A stretch of DNA of 64,000 nucleotides from positions 16,286,354-16,350,353 of the forward strand of contig NC_069008.1 in assembly GCF_001194135.2 (NCBI RefSeq), written 5' to 3'. The stretch comes from Octopus bimaculoides. Taxonomy: Eukaryota. Of the stretch, positions 36,564 to 48,728 are shown piece after piece. The notes beneath the pieces are model-generated. The model did not search any database. It was not told the origin of the DNA and saw only the letters and a program-made list of their open reading frames with translations. The position numbers and the translations under genes are program-made. Every line of letters starts with the position of its first letter. The first letter of the stretch is position 1.

Positions 36564-38180
36564 ATGTCTAAAGAATTAGGAAAATCACGACATTGGTGTG
36601 AAATCTGTGGTAAATCATTCTCTAAAAGTAGTGACTTAATTAGACACATTCGTGTTCATACAGGTGAGAAGCCATTTCACTGTGATGCCTGTGGTAAATC
36701 ATTCTCTCAAAACAATACATTAACTAGACACAAACGTATTCATACAGGAGAGAAGCCATATCACTGTGAGATCTGTGGTAAATCATTCTCTCAAAACAGT
36801 GACTTAACTAAACACATACGTATTCATACAGGAGAGAAGCCATTTAAATGTAATATCTGTGACAAGACATTCAGTGAGAATAAACAGTTAAGCAGACACA
36901 AGCTTATTCATACAGGAGAGAATCCATTTCACTGTATTATCTGTGGTAAATCATTCTCTGTAGGTAGTGAATTAACAACTCACAAATGTATTCATACAGG
37001 AGAGAAGCCATATCGTTGCGATATCTGTGGCAAAGCATTCTCTAGCAGTAGAGTCTTAAAAGGACACAGACGTATTCATCCAGGAGAGAGCCCATATCAG
37101 TGTGATATCTGTGGTAAATCATTCTCTGGAATTAGTGACTTGACTATACACAAACGTATTCATACAGGGGAAAAACCATATAGTTGTGATATATGTGGCA
37201 AAGCGTTCTCTAGCAGTAGAGTCATAAAGAAACACAAACGTATTCACACAGGGGAGAGGCCATATCACTGTGATATCTGTGGTAAATCATTCTCTGGAAT
37301 TAGTAACTTGACTACACACAAACGTATTCATACAGGGGAGAAGCCATATAAATGTGATATCTGTGGTAAATCATTCTCTGAGAATTCGATCTTAACTAAA
37401 CACAAACATATACATACAGGACATAGACCATATCGCTGTGATGTTTGTGGTAAATCATTCTCTGGATTTAGTGACTTGACTACACACAAACGTATTCATG
37501 CAGGGGATAAACCATATAATTGTGATATATGTGGCAAAGCATTCTTTGACAGAGTCATAAGAAAACACAAACGTATTCACACAGGAGAGAGACCATATGA
37601 CTGTGATATCTGTGGTAAATCATTCTCTCGAAATAGTCACTTAACTACACACAAACGTATTCATACGGGGGAAAAGCCATACAATTGTGATATCTGTTGT
37701 AAATCATTCTCTGACAACTCAACCTTAACTAAACACAAACGTATTCACACAGGAGAGAGACCATATCACTGTGATGTCTGTGGTAAATCATTCTCTCAAA
37801 TTAGTGACTTGACTAGACACAAACGTATTCATACGGGGGAAAAGCCATATCATTGTGATATCTGTGGTAAAGTATTCTCTGACAGCAGAGTCTTAAGAAA
37901 ACATAGGCGTATTCATACAGGGGAAAGACCATATCACTGTGATATCTGTGGTAAATCATTCTCTGGAAGTAGTGACCTGATGACACACAAACGTACTCAT
38001 ACGGGAGAAAAACCATATCACTGTGATATCTGTGGAAAATCTTTCTCTGAAAACTCTAGCTTTACCACACACAAACGTATTCATACAGGAGAGAAACCAT
38101 ATCACTGTGATTTCTGTGGTAAATCGTTCTCTCAGAGAAGTAACTTAAATACACATGCATCTCTCCATGGAAAAGTGTGA
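36564..38180 (+). CDS. C2H2 zinc-finger gene A5, 19 fingers
   Basis: Intact 538-aa ORF, MSKELGKSRHWC...HASLHGKV*. Shares finger blocks with A4. Confidence 0.95.
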   Translation: MSKELGKSRHWCEICGKSFSKSSDLIRHIRVHTGEKPFHCDACGKSFSQNNTLTRHKRIHTGEKPYHCEICGKSFSQNSDLTKHIRIHTGEKPFKCNICDKTFSENKQLSRHKLIHTGENPFHCIICGKSFSVGSELTTHKCIHTGEKPYRCDICGKAFSSSRVLKGHRRIHPGESPYQCDICGKSFSGISDLTIHKRIHTGEKPYSCDICGKAFSSSRVIKKHKRIHTGERPYHCDICGKSFSGISNLTTHKRIHTGEKPYKCDICGKSFSENSILTKHKHIHTGHRPYRCDVCGKSFSGFSDLTTHKRIHAGDKPYNCDICGKAFFDRVIRKHKRIHTGERPYDCDICGKSFSRNSHLTTHKRIHTGEKPYNCDICCKSFSDNSTLTKHKRIHTGERPYHCDVCGKSFSQISDLTRHKRIHTGEKPYHCDICGKVFSDSRVLRKHRRIHTGERPYHCDICGKSFSGSSDLMTHKRTHTGEKPYHCDICGKSFSENSSFTTHKRIHTGEKPYHCDFCGKSFSQRSNLNTHASLHGKV

Positions 38181-38344
38181 TTGTATCATTGTCAAAATTC
38201 ATGGGAACACCCAACAACAACCAATATTTTAAAACCATTTCTCTTGCAAAATCATGGCTTAACATTTGACAGTAACCATACATATTTCAAGTACAAACAT
38301 ACTTGTATATCTATTCCATATAACATGCTTCAAGGATATAGGAA

Positions 38345-39090
38345 AGATACTGTCATTATATTTGATGTCGTTGGTAAATAATAAGACAGCAAACTGGCAG
38401 AATTGTTAACATGTCTGGTAAAATGCTTGTCAGCATTTCATCTGTTTTGATAAAGTTATGGAAAGAAATGAAGGAAAGGATCAAATTGAAGATTGTGTTT
38501 TGGAGCTGAGAAGAGAAGGAAACGTTGTTTATTACACTCCCAAGAAGAAGCATACAGCTGTGGATAAACCATTTTTTGAATCTGGAGAGTTTCATGGAAA
38601 AAAAAAAATTCAAGCTGGGATCGTTACGACAGTGGGTCATCTGGATATTCTCTCTGTAGAATAAACATGTCATAAAAAGATTGTTCTGCACTGTAGTAAG
38701 AGACCTGGGTGAATTTAGAAGAATGCAGATGCCATGAACCGTACTGCAAATGTCCTCGGTCAATGTAATAAGCTTTGCAACGACATCTGGACATCTAATT
38801 TGTTGAGACTGGAGGAATTTTGGTGCAGAAGATGGCTGGGAATCATAATCCAAAGACTTCAGTAGATCATCCTGATCTTCTTCTAAATCTAAATTGGTGA
38901 TTCAATACTGTTGCTCTTTAAATATTCACAGAGATTTTTCTCTGGTGGATATCTATACCACTGATATTGTTTGGAAGACCTTAGAAATTCTGTGATGGTG
39001 ATGGTGTTCAAAATACATGAAACCAATTCCAAGACAGACATTCATCTCAGTGGAATCCCCTCATTTCACCTGGACTGTCACTCATTAGTC
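38345..39090 (+). mobile_element. Decayed element carried in the duplication unit, possibly a Tc1/IS630 paired-like transposase
   Basis: Copies at 21232-21690 and 43660-44160 (minus). Fragment FTKFVETGEISVRKMAGNHNPK resembles the HTH linker of such transposases. Confidence 0.35.
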
Positions 39091-39528
39091 TTCTTTCGTT
39101 TATAATAATTTTTAAGTAAACATTCACTTTGAACCTTGCAGTTGCAACAAGTATTTTCACAAATAGTTGTATTCTTACTCTGTTCCACCTCAGTGCAATT
39201 TACTGCTTCATCTACATTCGAGAGGTTCGGATGGGATTTAACACGGGTTGTATCCCTTTATACACTAGACGTCCCAAATTTACTTTCATTTGTTATGGCA
39301 TAAACTAATATTACAATTATTATAAAAATTAGATAATTATTTTTTATTTTCATAAATGGAAGATATAATCTGGCCTAAATTATTAGATATAGCATAACCA
39401 ATTCTAAGAAGCCTGGGGTTAATAACATCACATCTATTTTCCTTTGTAAAATGTTTACAGAAAAGTTTGTATAAGGTTCCACTCAAATTACTCATAATTT
39501 GATTAGCAAATGGAACTGTTAACCAAAC

Positions 39529-39716
39529 GGAGGCACGATGGCCTAGTGGTTAGGGCAGCAGACTCATGGTCGTGGGACCGCGGTTTCAATTCCCAGACAA
39601 ATTGTGTTTATTGTGCAAAAACAACTTAAGCTCCACAGGGCTCCAGCAGGGGATGGTGGCGAACCCTGCTGTACTCTTTCACCACAACTTTTTCTCACTG
39701 TTTCTGTCGTACCTGT
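39529..39716 (+). mobile_element. Partial tRNA-derived SINE (GTGGAGGCGCAATGG family)
   Basis: Diverged head and first half of the body. Confidence 0.75.
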
Positions 39717-40509
39717 ATGTTAATTGAAGAGTAATAGCTGTCAATATCTATTTGCATGAATTCCTACTTTTAAATATAATTCTATTAAACCAATGTTACT
39801 TCAGAAGTACTAGACCAGAGTTGTAATCTATTTCTTTAAGAACTTGTATATACTTATCCAAAATAGCTTTACTAAGTTTACTCAGGTTTCATTTACCTGG
39901 GCAAATCAATCTTACTTTAGGGTAACTGTTAAAATTTTCTTTCAGATACTTTGAAATAATCCTTAGCCTTTTGGTCTTTTAGAAATAAAAAGTTCAATTG
40001 TCATCCAATTTGTAGTTTTCCATAACTTTTTAAACAATGCACATGTCTGAGTCTGTCGTAGGTTAGCCAACACATTAAAATGTAACTCCCTTTTGGGAAA
40101 ATTCTTCCCTGAAAAAATACCTAATTGATCAGTTTCAATATGAGAATTTAAATTCAATTAATTTCATTTTAATTTCTGTAATAGAATTGGATACAGAAAC
40201 AGCTGTAGGACTGGAATTTCATTACATGAATTCGAATGAAGTGATATCTGCATGTTAATGTCTCCATTTCCTTCCACACACATATATAATCATTATCATT
40301 TAATATCCATGTTCCATGATCTGATATGTCCAAGGTTTGCATCATACTTCAGTGTATGTTTTTGTATGTATTCTATGGCTGGATGCTCTCCCTAATGTTA
40401 ACCACTTTATGGCATGGATTGGGTACTGTTTTTTTTTTTTTTCTCCTGCATTTCTCCTATACTATTGAAGTCACCGTGCAGCTCGCAGAAATAAAAGCTC
40501 TGCAGAGTT

Positions 40510-41060
40510 GAGTGAAGGACAGTTGTAAATCTATATTAAATCTCCAGGAATTGTTTGTAAGCTGAGAAATGTTTTTAAAGATAAATAATTATGATTCAGT
40601 TTCTTGTCTTAGATGTCATAGACTTCTGTTCACACGTGTGGAACATTTGCCACGTATAGCCCAATACATTTTCTACATATCATTAGAATACTTGTTGGTG
40701 GCCGGGTCTTCACCTGAACTCAATTAATGGAAGCATGCTAGAATATGTGTAACAATAGCGATGCGAATAATTTGTGCTTTCTATTTAAAGTCCAGAAGGG
40801 TGAGGAAAGTTTATTGATTGATTTGTTGTTGATTACAAGCCATTTCCCCTGTCCTGTAAAATATGGAACAACCAATTAACGATGTAAAGCTGTGATCAAA
40901 TGGAATATGTAATTAGGAAGGTGATGGAACACCGACCCTGAAATACGAAGGTTGCCCTGTCTAATTCACAAACATTAATGTTCACCTTAACAAAAGATAA
41001 TTACTATATATAATTAGATTTAGTTCAACTAATTAGAAACGCACCTAATAGGTGGTTTCA
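40510..41060 (-). pseudogene. Ghost of a B-type gene upstream region
   Basis: Collinear with 16880-17600. Donor site lost, acceptor GAGTTCAG at 40714 retained. Confidence 0.65.
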
Positions 41061-41097
41061 AATGAAATAAGTGTGTATCAAATGAAATTAAAATCCT

Positions 41098-41445
41098 GGA
41101 GTGGCTGTGTGGAAAGTAGCTTGCATACCAACCCCATGGTTCCGGGTTCATTCCCACTGCGTGGTACCTTGGGCAAGTGTCTTCTACTATAGGCTCGGGC
41201 CGACCAAAGCCTTGTGAGTGGATTTGGTAGACAGAAACTGAAAGAAGCCTGTCGTATATATGTGTGTATATATATATATATATAGATACGACGGGCTTCT
41301 TTCAGTTTCCATCTACCAAATCCACTCACAAGGCTTTGGTCGGCCCGAGGCTATAGTAGAAGACACTTGCCCAAGATGCCAAGCAGTGGGACTGAACCCG
41401 GGACCATGTGGTTGGTAAGGAAGCTACTTACCACACAGCCACTCC
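41098..41445. mobile_element. Tail-to-tail inverted pair of SINEs joined by a (TA)n tract
   Basis: 41098-41256 is the near reverse complement of 41287-41445. Confidence 0.9.
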
Positions 41446-41715
41446 TACGCCTATATATATCATATGTAATATGATATAGAATAAGTCCTGGGGTCGATTT
41501 GCTCGACTAAAAGGCGGTGCCCCAGCATGGCCGCAGCCAAATGACTAAGACAAGTAAAAGAGTAGAAAAAGAGTATGTAATACGGAACCAGTGCCAACGT
41601 TATATTGCTTTAATCAAAATGAAAAGAAAAATTACATGGGTCTTAGTACTATGACCTTGTAAAATTTGATTTGATTTGGTCGAACCATTTGAGAACACAT
41701 AAGAAAATAGACAAT

Positions 41716-42828
41716 ATGCTCCGTTGGATGTGTAATGTCAATGTGAATACCCGTCAGAGTGTAAGTATCTTGAGAGAAAAGCTGAACATTAGAAGCATCA
41801 GTTGTGGTGTGCAAGAGAGACGATTGCGCTGGTATGGACATGTGGTGAGAATGGATGAGGATAGCTGCGTGAAAAAGTGCCACACCCTAACAGTTGAGGG
41901 AACCCGTGGAAGAGGTAGGCCCAGGAAGACCTGGGCTGAGGTGGTGAGGCAAGACCTTCGAACATTGGGCCTCACCGAGGTGATGACTACTNNNNNNNNN
42001 NNNNNNNNNNNNNNNNNNNNNNNNNNNNNNNNNNNNNNNNNNNNNNNNNNNNNNNNNNNNNNNNNNNNNNNNNNNNNNNNNNNNNNNNNNNNNNNNNNNN
42101 NNNNNNNNNNNNNNNNNNNNNNNNNNNNNNNNNNNNNNNNNNNNNNNNNNNNNNNNNNNNNNNNNNNNNNNNNNNNNNNNNNNNNNNNNNNNNNNNNNNN
42201 NNNNNNNNNNNNNNNNNNNNNNNNNNNNNNNNNNNNNNNNNNNNNNNNNNNNNNNNNNNNNNNNNNNNNNNNNNNNNNNNNNNNNNNNNNNNNNNNNNNN
42301 NNNNNNNNNNNNNNNNNNNNNNNNNNNNNNNNNNNNNNNNNNNNNNNNNNNNNNNNNNNNNNNNNNNNNNNNNNNNNNNNNNNNNNNNNNNNNNNNNNNN
42401 NNNNNNNNNNNNNNNNNNNNNNNNNNNNNNNNNNNNNNNNNNNNNNNNNNNNNNNNNNNNNNNNNNNNNNNNNNNNNNNNNNNNNNNNNNNNNNNNNNNN
42501 NNNNNNNNNNNNNNNNNNNNNNNNNNNNNNNNNNNNNNNNNNNNNNNNNNNNNNNNNNNNNNNNNNNNNNTGCCAGTGCCCCTGGACTGGCTTGTGCGGG
42601 TGGCACATAAAAGACACCATTTCGAGCGTGGCCGTTTTTGTGCGGGTGACACGTAAAAGCACCCACTACACTCTCTGAGTGGTTGGCGTTAGGAAGGGCA
42701 TCCAGCTGTAGAAACTCTGCCAAATTAGATTGGAGCCTGGTGTTGCCATCCGGTTTCACCAGTCCTCAGTCAAATCGTCCAACCTATGCTAGCATGGAAA
42801 GCGGACGTTAAACGATGATGATGATATA
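41716..42828 (+). mobile_element. 5'-truncated RTE LINE (RT C-terminus, gap, 3' UTR, (GAT)n tail)
   Basis: LRWMC...ERRLRWYGHVVRM...RGRGRPRKTW is a typical RTE ORF end. Tail at 42813-42825. Confidence 0.9.
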
Positions 42829-43445
42829 GAAGATAAAAAAATTAAAAAATACACTGTAAACTGTACTAACAGTTATGACAGTAAAGGTAAACGTAAAATA
42901 TACACTAATTACAAATGTACTTAGTTATGAGAGATTGTACTGAGTATTGTGTTGTATATTTAAACAATTCTTTTAAAATTAAAGTCAAATATTCAATTTA
43001 AATATTATATAATTTTAAACAAGTTAATTTCTTTCTGGCCTGGTAGCAAATGATACAAGAACTAGGGGTTTGGGACCCCTGATATAAAATACAAAGTTGG
43101 TCGTTGCTCTTATATACTATTACATTGTCTATAAAATTTTTTTTGTTTCTGTTTACATAAGATACATATTATTAGAAGCAATTTTCACATAGTAGTTGTA
43201 TCCAGTTCAGACCAGAAATGGATACAGATAGAATCCCATATCCCTGTATGTTGCAAGAGGCTACTAAAGTGGTTTACATACAGAGAATGTGGTCAGAAAA
43301 TAGTAGCTCAAAGAAATAACCATGATGAGTATGATTCAAGGGAAGGCTGTAGAGATTACTGTTAAGACCACAGGACTAACTCAGGGTAAAAAGATCTTAA
43401 AATGCTGGTTGTTATGAGATGCAATGAAGTTTGACATTGATATAG

Positions 43446-43620
43446 TTACACTTTTGTATGGATAGATATACATTCGGTTAAGAGAGAGAATGATTTACCA
43501 CAGAAATCACAGGGATATGGTTTGTCCCTTGTATGAATACATTTGTGATTCATGACATTATTATATGAGAATGATTTACCACAGACATCACAGTGAAATG
43601 GACTCTCTCTCGTATTAATA
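43446..43620 (-). pseudogene. Vestigial terminal zinc fingers with a second 3' UTR type
   Basis: [12 protein letters not shown]...CDFCGKSF...SIHTKV*, followed by sequence matching 15740-16080 and 2460-2960. Confidence 0.8.
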
Positions 43621-44339
43621 TATTTGTATTTAGGCAACGTTTCTGAGTAAAAGACTTTTTACAGATATGCTAATGTTGTGGTTTCCCATTCTTCTGCTCT
43701 GAAATTCCTCCAGTCTCAACAGACTTGGTCCAGATGTTGCTGCAGATCTCATTACTTAACTGAAGACATTTCCAGAATGGTTCGTGGCATTTGCATTCTT
43801 CTAAATTCATCCAGGTCTCTTATTACTGTGCAGCACGACATGTTTATGACAAAATTTGACTTCTACAGAGAGAATATCCAGATTCTCCTCCTTGGTCGAT
43901 TTTCTGTAATGAAACTCTCCACAGATTCACGAAATGGTTTATCCAGAACCTTATTCTTCTTGAGAGTGTAAGAAACAACACTTCCCTGTTTTTTGTTTCT
44001 TCTTGGCTTCAAAACACAATCTTCAAATTGGTCTTCATTTCCTTCCATAACTTTATAAAGACAAATGAAATGCTGATAAGCATTTTGCTAGACATGTTAA
44101 CAATTCTGCCAGTTCCTGCCTTATTTAAACATGACATCAAATATCTTTCCTATATCCTTGAAGTATGTTATATGGACTATATATAAAAGCATGTTTATAC
44201 TTGAAACATGTATGGTTGCTGTCAAGGGGTCAATGATTACTGTTAAGGGCACAAAAGTTAAGCCATGATTTAGCAGGGGGAATGGTTTTGAAATATTGGT
44301 TCATGTCTGGTGTTCTAATGAATTTTGACAATAATATAA

Positions 44340-44576
44340 TCACACTTTTACATGAATAGATGCACGTGTAGTTAAGTTGCTTCTCCACGAGAATGATTTA
44401 CCACAGAAATCACAGGAATATGGTTTTCTACTGTGTGAATATGTCTGTGTCCTTTTAAGATTGCACTGTCCAAGAATGCTTTCTCACAGATATCACAATT
44501 ATATAGTTTTTCTCCTGTATGAATACGTTCATGTCTAGTCAAGTTAGTAATTCTAGAGAATGATTTACCACAGATA
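44340..44576 (-). pseudogene. Decayed out-of-frame finger tail of A6
   Basis: C-to-Y change, second frameshift, ends TRASIHVKV*. Confidence 0.8.
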
Positions 44577-45281
44577 TCATAGTGATGTGGTCTCTCTCCT
44601 GTGTGAACATGTCTGTCTCAAGTGACTATTTCCAGTGAATGCCTTGACACAAAGATCACAATTATATGGTCTTTCTCCTGTGTGAATACGTTTGTGCCTT
44701 TTTAAGTGACTGCTGTCAGTGAATGCCTTGCCACAGGTATCACAGTGATATCGTTTCTCTCCTGTATGTATACATCTGTGTTTCGTCAAATTACTACTGT
44801 TAGAGAATGATTTACCACAGATATCACAATTATATGGTTTTTCTCCAGTATGGGTACGTTTGTGTTTAATCAAGTCACCAATTCCAGTGAATGATTTACC
44901 ACACACATCACAGTGAAATGGCTTTTCTCCAGTATGAATATATTTGTGTCTAGTTAAGTTAACTTTTGCAATGAATGATTTACCACAGATATCACAATTA
45001 TATGGTTTTTCCTCTGTATGAATACGTTTGTGTTGAATTAAGGTACTGTTTACAGAGAATGATTTATCACAGATATCACAGTGATACGGCTTCTCTCCTG
45101 TATGAATACGTTTATGTTTAATTAAGTCATTGCTTTGAGAGAACGATTTACCACAGATATCACAATGAAATGGCTTCTCACCTGTATGAACACGAATGTG
45201 TCTAATTAACTCACTACTTGTAGAGAATGATTTACCACAGATTTCACAACAATGTTGTGATTTTCCTAATTCGTTTGACAT
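44577..45281 (-). CDS. C2H2 zinc-finger gene A6 (inverted), 7 intact fingers, frameshift in the 8th
   Basis: ATG at 45281 ([12 protein letters not shown]). Frame breaks at HLRQTCSH. Confidence 0.82.
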   Translation of the reverse strand: MSNELGKSQHCCEICGKSFSTSSELIRHIRVHTGEKPFHCDICGKSFSQSNDLIKHKRIHTGEKPYHCDICDKSFSVNSTLIQHKRIHTEEKPYNCDICGKSFIAKVNLTRHKYIHTGEKPFHCDVCGKSFTGIGDLIKHKRTHTGEKPYNCDICGKSFSNSSNLTKHRCIHTGEKRYHCDTCGKAFTDSSHLKRHKRIHTGERPYNCDLCVKAFTGNSHLRQTCSHRRETTSL

Positions 45282-46431
45282 TTCTCTAAGGGATACAAAG
45301 AAACCCAACCATTTAAGCTTCTAACAGTATTAAATTTCCCCCTTATCTTTGTTCTCTCACCACAGCATATAATTTCCTTTTTCTTGTTATAGTTTATTCC
45401 TTAGAAATACATCTACTGCTATCAATTGTGAGGTTATCGATATCTAAAATTCTGCAGACCCCTTTACAAATATATATTCAAGTTTAATTAGAATGTAAAA
45501 GCACCAGGTAATGAGAGGGAAAAATGTTACTATGAATCTCTTGTCAGAACAAATATTTCATAACAATTCAAACATAGATTTATAGCAGTTGGGTCATTAT
45601 ATCTCTTCTCTAAATCATTTTCCTTTTGTTTAAAAAAAAACATGGTAAATATTCCAGATGTATCCAATGAACAATAGTTTTTCTGTGCCAATGACATCTG
45701 AAATAATAAAGAAACTGTATAAGTTATAGAGGAGAGATCAAAATAACGAAAGTGTTTCAGCATTTCTAAATTCTCTTCTACTCTAGGTATAAGGGCCGAA
45801 ATTTTTTGGGGAGAGGGCCAGTCGATTAGATCAACCCCAGTAGACAACTGTTACTTAATTTACCAACTGTAAAATGTGTGGTTACTCTAATAGCTGCATA
45901 AACAAAGCGAGCATTCGTCAAGGCAGTTGGTTCGAAAACAGTCATCTCACTTTCTTCAATATCATCCTTCTATCATATTGCTGGGCCCACGACTTCTCTC
46001 CCAAAGACATTTCTCATAAGGTCCACTGCAACAAGAATACTTGTGCAATTCATTGGTGTAATTTCAACTGTGAATTTATTTTAGGGACGTAAAATAGGAA
46101 ATTATCCCGTGTTGTCTTTAGATCTATCCTTTGGTGAAACTTAGTCTACTTAGGAACATTCTGCTCAACATGGCTCACTGTAGCGTAGAGTTGTGTGCTC
46201 TGGAGTAAAGCAATCTGAATTAGATATGACCAGAGAAGCTAAAGAGAGGTGGGTCGGAAGCACGGAAGGCCTCAATCCCTCCGGACCCACAAAGTTTAAA
46301 GCTGAAAACCTGGTCGTCTTCAGAGACAGGAAGGGGGAACCAAATACTCAATACACGGTATAAGTATTCCCGGATTTCTTCAAGCCCGATTCTGCACGTA
46401 CGATTAACCGATAGATAGGTGTGTATATCTT

Positions 46432-46571
46432 ACCTGTTATGCTATACAAACCAGTATTGTGAAAATATATCTACTCACACCATATCTCCGTAGAAATATA
46501 CAAAAACACGTGGTTCTCCTCCCGATTCAAACAAGTTGTAGCTTAAACGGAAGTACGGTGTGTCATGTGAC
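46432..46571 (-). promoter_or_regulatory. Promoter cassette and non-coding exon 1 of A6
   Basis: GTCATGTGAC 46562-46571, CGGAAGT 46548-46554, donor 46433, acceptor 45698. Confidence 0.7.
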
Positions 46572-47104
46572 TAAAATAATCCTACCGCTCTCTAGTGAAT
46601 GAAACCAAAGATGTATGATTTTGCTGTTAATGTGCAATAAAGTGACTAAACTTATACAATACACAAATCATTTTAGTAATTTCTCTAAATTGTCTTGCAG
46701 TCCGACTGAAGCTGAAACGAAACGTCTTAAAGACAAACTCAAGATTAAAATAATGAAAGGTAGATTTTATTAAATAGTTCGCTGTGGTAAGTTATCTCCC
46801 TTACATGGAGTTGTGAATGGGATGTATAGAAATCTTGTCTCCAATCTTTTTTATACCATGGACTGGCTTCATGCCGGACAATATTCCTACGATGGCACAT
46901 GTGTAATTTCCGTGCATTTCGATAAAGAAAGCAATAATAAAAAGAGTAATTTATTAAAAGGATGACAAAGTGTATAATTCTTTCACTCTCATGTAGCAAA
47001 ATCTTAAAATTATTACAAATAAAATAATTGCAAAATGTACTTACAGTTATTATAAATAATGAAGGTATTTATTAACTATTAAAAGATACTTCATTTATAA
47101 ATGT

Positions 47105-47524
47105 ATCGAACCAAATTCGATGACTGGCACCTGTGCCAGTGGAGCGCTAACAGCACCATTCGAGCGTGATCCTTGCCAGTGGCACGTAAATAGCACTATT
47201 TGAGCATGATCGTTACCAGTGACGCCTTACAGGCACTTGAAGAAACATTGGAGCGAGGTCATTGTCAGTGCCGCTGGACTGTCTCCTGTGCAGGTGGCAC
47301 GTAAAATACACCATTTGAGTCTGGCTGTTGCCAGTACCGCCTGACTGGCCTTCGTGCCAGTGGCACGTAAAAGCACCCACTACACTCTCAGAGTGGTTGG
47401 CGTTAGGAAGGACATCCAGCTGTAGAAACTCTGCCAGATCAGATTGCATCCTGGTTCGCCATTCCTCAGTCAAACTGTCCAACCCATGCTAGCATGGAGA
47501 GCGGACGTTAAACCATGATGATGA
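47105..47524 (+). mobile_element. RTE-type 3' UTR with short internal repeats, inserted in the hAT MITE paralog
   Basis: Same body and (ATG)n tail as 42571-42828. Flanks align to 27816-28309. Confidence 0.75.
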
Positions 47525-48728
47525 CTTACAGTTATGATATATAGTATTGAGTAGATGAATATTGACTATTTAAACAAATCTTTTAAAATTTAAGTCCAAT
47601 ATTCAATTTAATTATTATGTAATTTTAAACAACTTAATTCTTTCTTTGTAGCCCGATAGCAAATAATCCACAGACAAGTTCCAGCCATGGCCCAATGGCT
47701 GGGGACCTCTGATATGAAATAGGTTGGTAGGTGCTCTTATATATTATCACGTCTTATATATTATCAATGAAATAATAAGCAGAAAAGAGAAGCCGTCATA
47801 AGAAAACTTACGTTAAAAATAACATGCACACGATTTTTTTTTTCTCAATAGAAGTAAATTCCAAAGTAAACGTTTCTAGTAGAGAAGTAGAAGAGAACAG
47901 AAGCAGCGTATTACTCCATTAGAAATCTACGGATGCACATAATAGACAAAAATGAAACAATTATGGACGACTTGCTCCGAAACACCACCGAGTGGGGAAC
48001 ACTTCTCAAAAATAACCTGCAGTTGTTTCCTTCAAAATTCCTACATGCTCGAAATGTACNNNNNNNNNNNNNNNNNNNNNNNNNNNNNNNNNNNNNNNNN
48101 NNNNNNNNNNNNNNNNNNNNNNNNNNNNNNNNNNNNNNNNNNNNNNNNNNNNNNNNNNNNNNNNNNNNNNNNNNNNNNNNNNNNNNNNNNNNNNNNNNNN
48201 NNNNNNNNNNNNNNNNNNNNNNNNNNNNNNNNNNNNNNNNNNNNNNNNNNNNNNNNNNNNNNNNNNNNNNNNNNNNNNNNNNNNNNNNNNNNNNNNNNNN
48301 NNNNNNNNNNNNNNNNNNNNNNNNNNNNNNNNNNNNNNNNNNNNNNNNNNNNNNNNNNNNNNNNNNNNNNNNNNNNNNNNNNNNNNNNNNNNNNNNNNNN
48401 NNNNNNNNNNNNNNNNNNNNNNNNNNNNNNNNNNNNNNNNNNNNNNNNNNNNNNNNNNNNNNNNNNNNNNNNNNNNNNNNNNNNNNNNNNNNNNNNNNNN
48501 NNNNNNNNNNNNNNNNNNNNNNNNNNNNNNNNNNNNNNNNNNNNNNNNNNNNNNNNNNNNNNNNNNNNNNNNNNNNNNNNNNNNNNNNNNNNNNNNNNNN
48601 NNNNNNNNNNNNNNNNNNNNNNNNNNNNNNNNNNNNNNNNNNNNNNNNNNNNNNNNNNCGTTGGTAACGAAATAATTAAAGGATGATGACAATTGATAAG
48701 TTTAGAATTATAAGAAAAAAGATTTGTC

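Noticed and set aside
47105-47330. CRISPR-like repeat-spacer pattern
   Set aside because: Degenerate short repeats within an RTE 3' UTR in eukaryotic DNA, with no unique spacers or cas genes.
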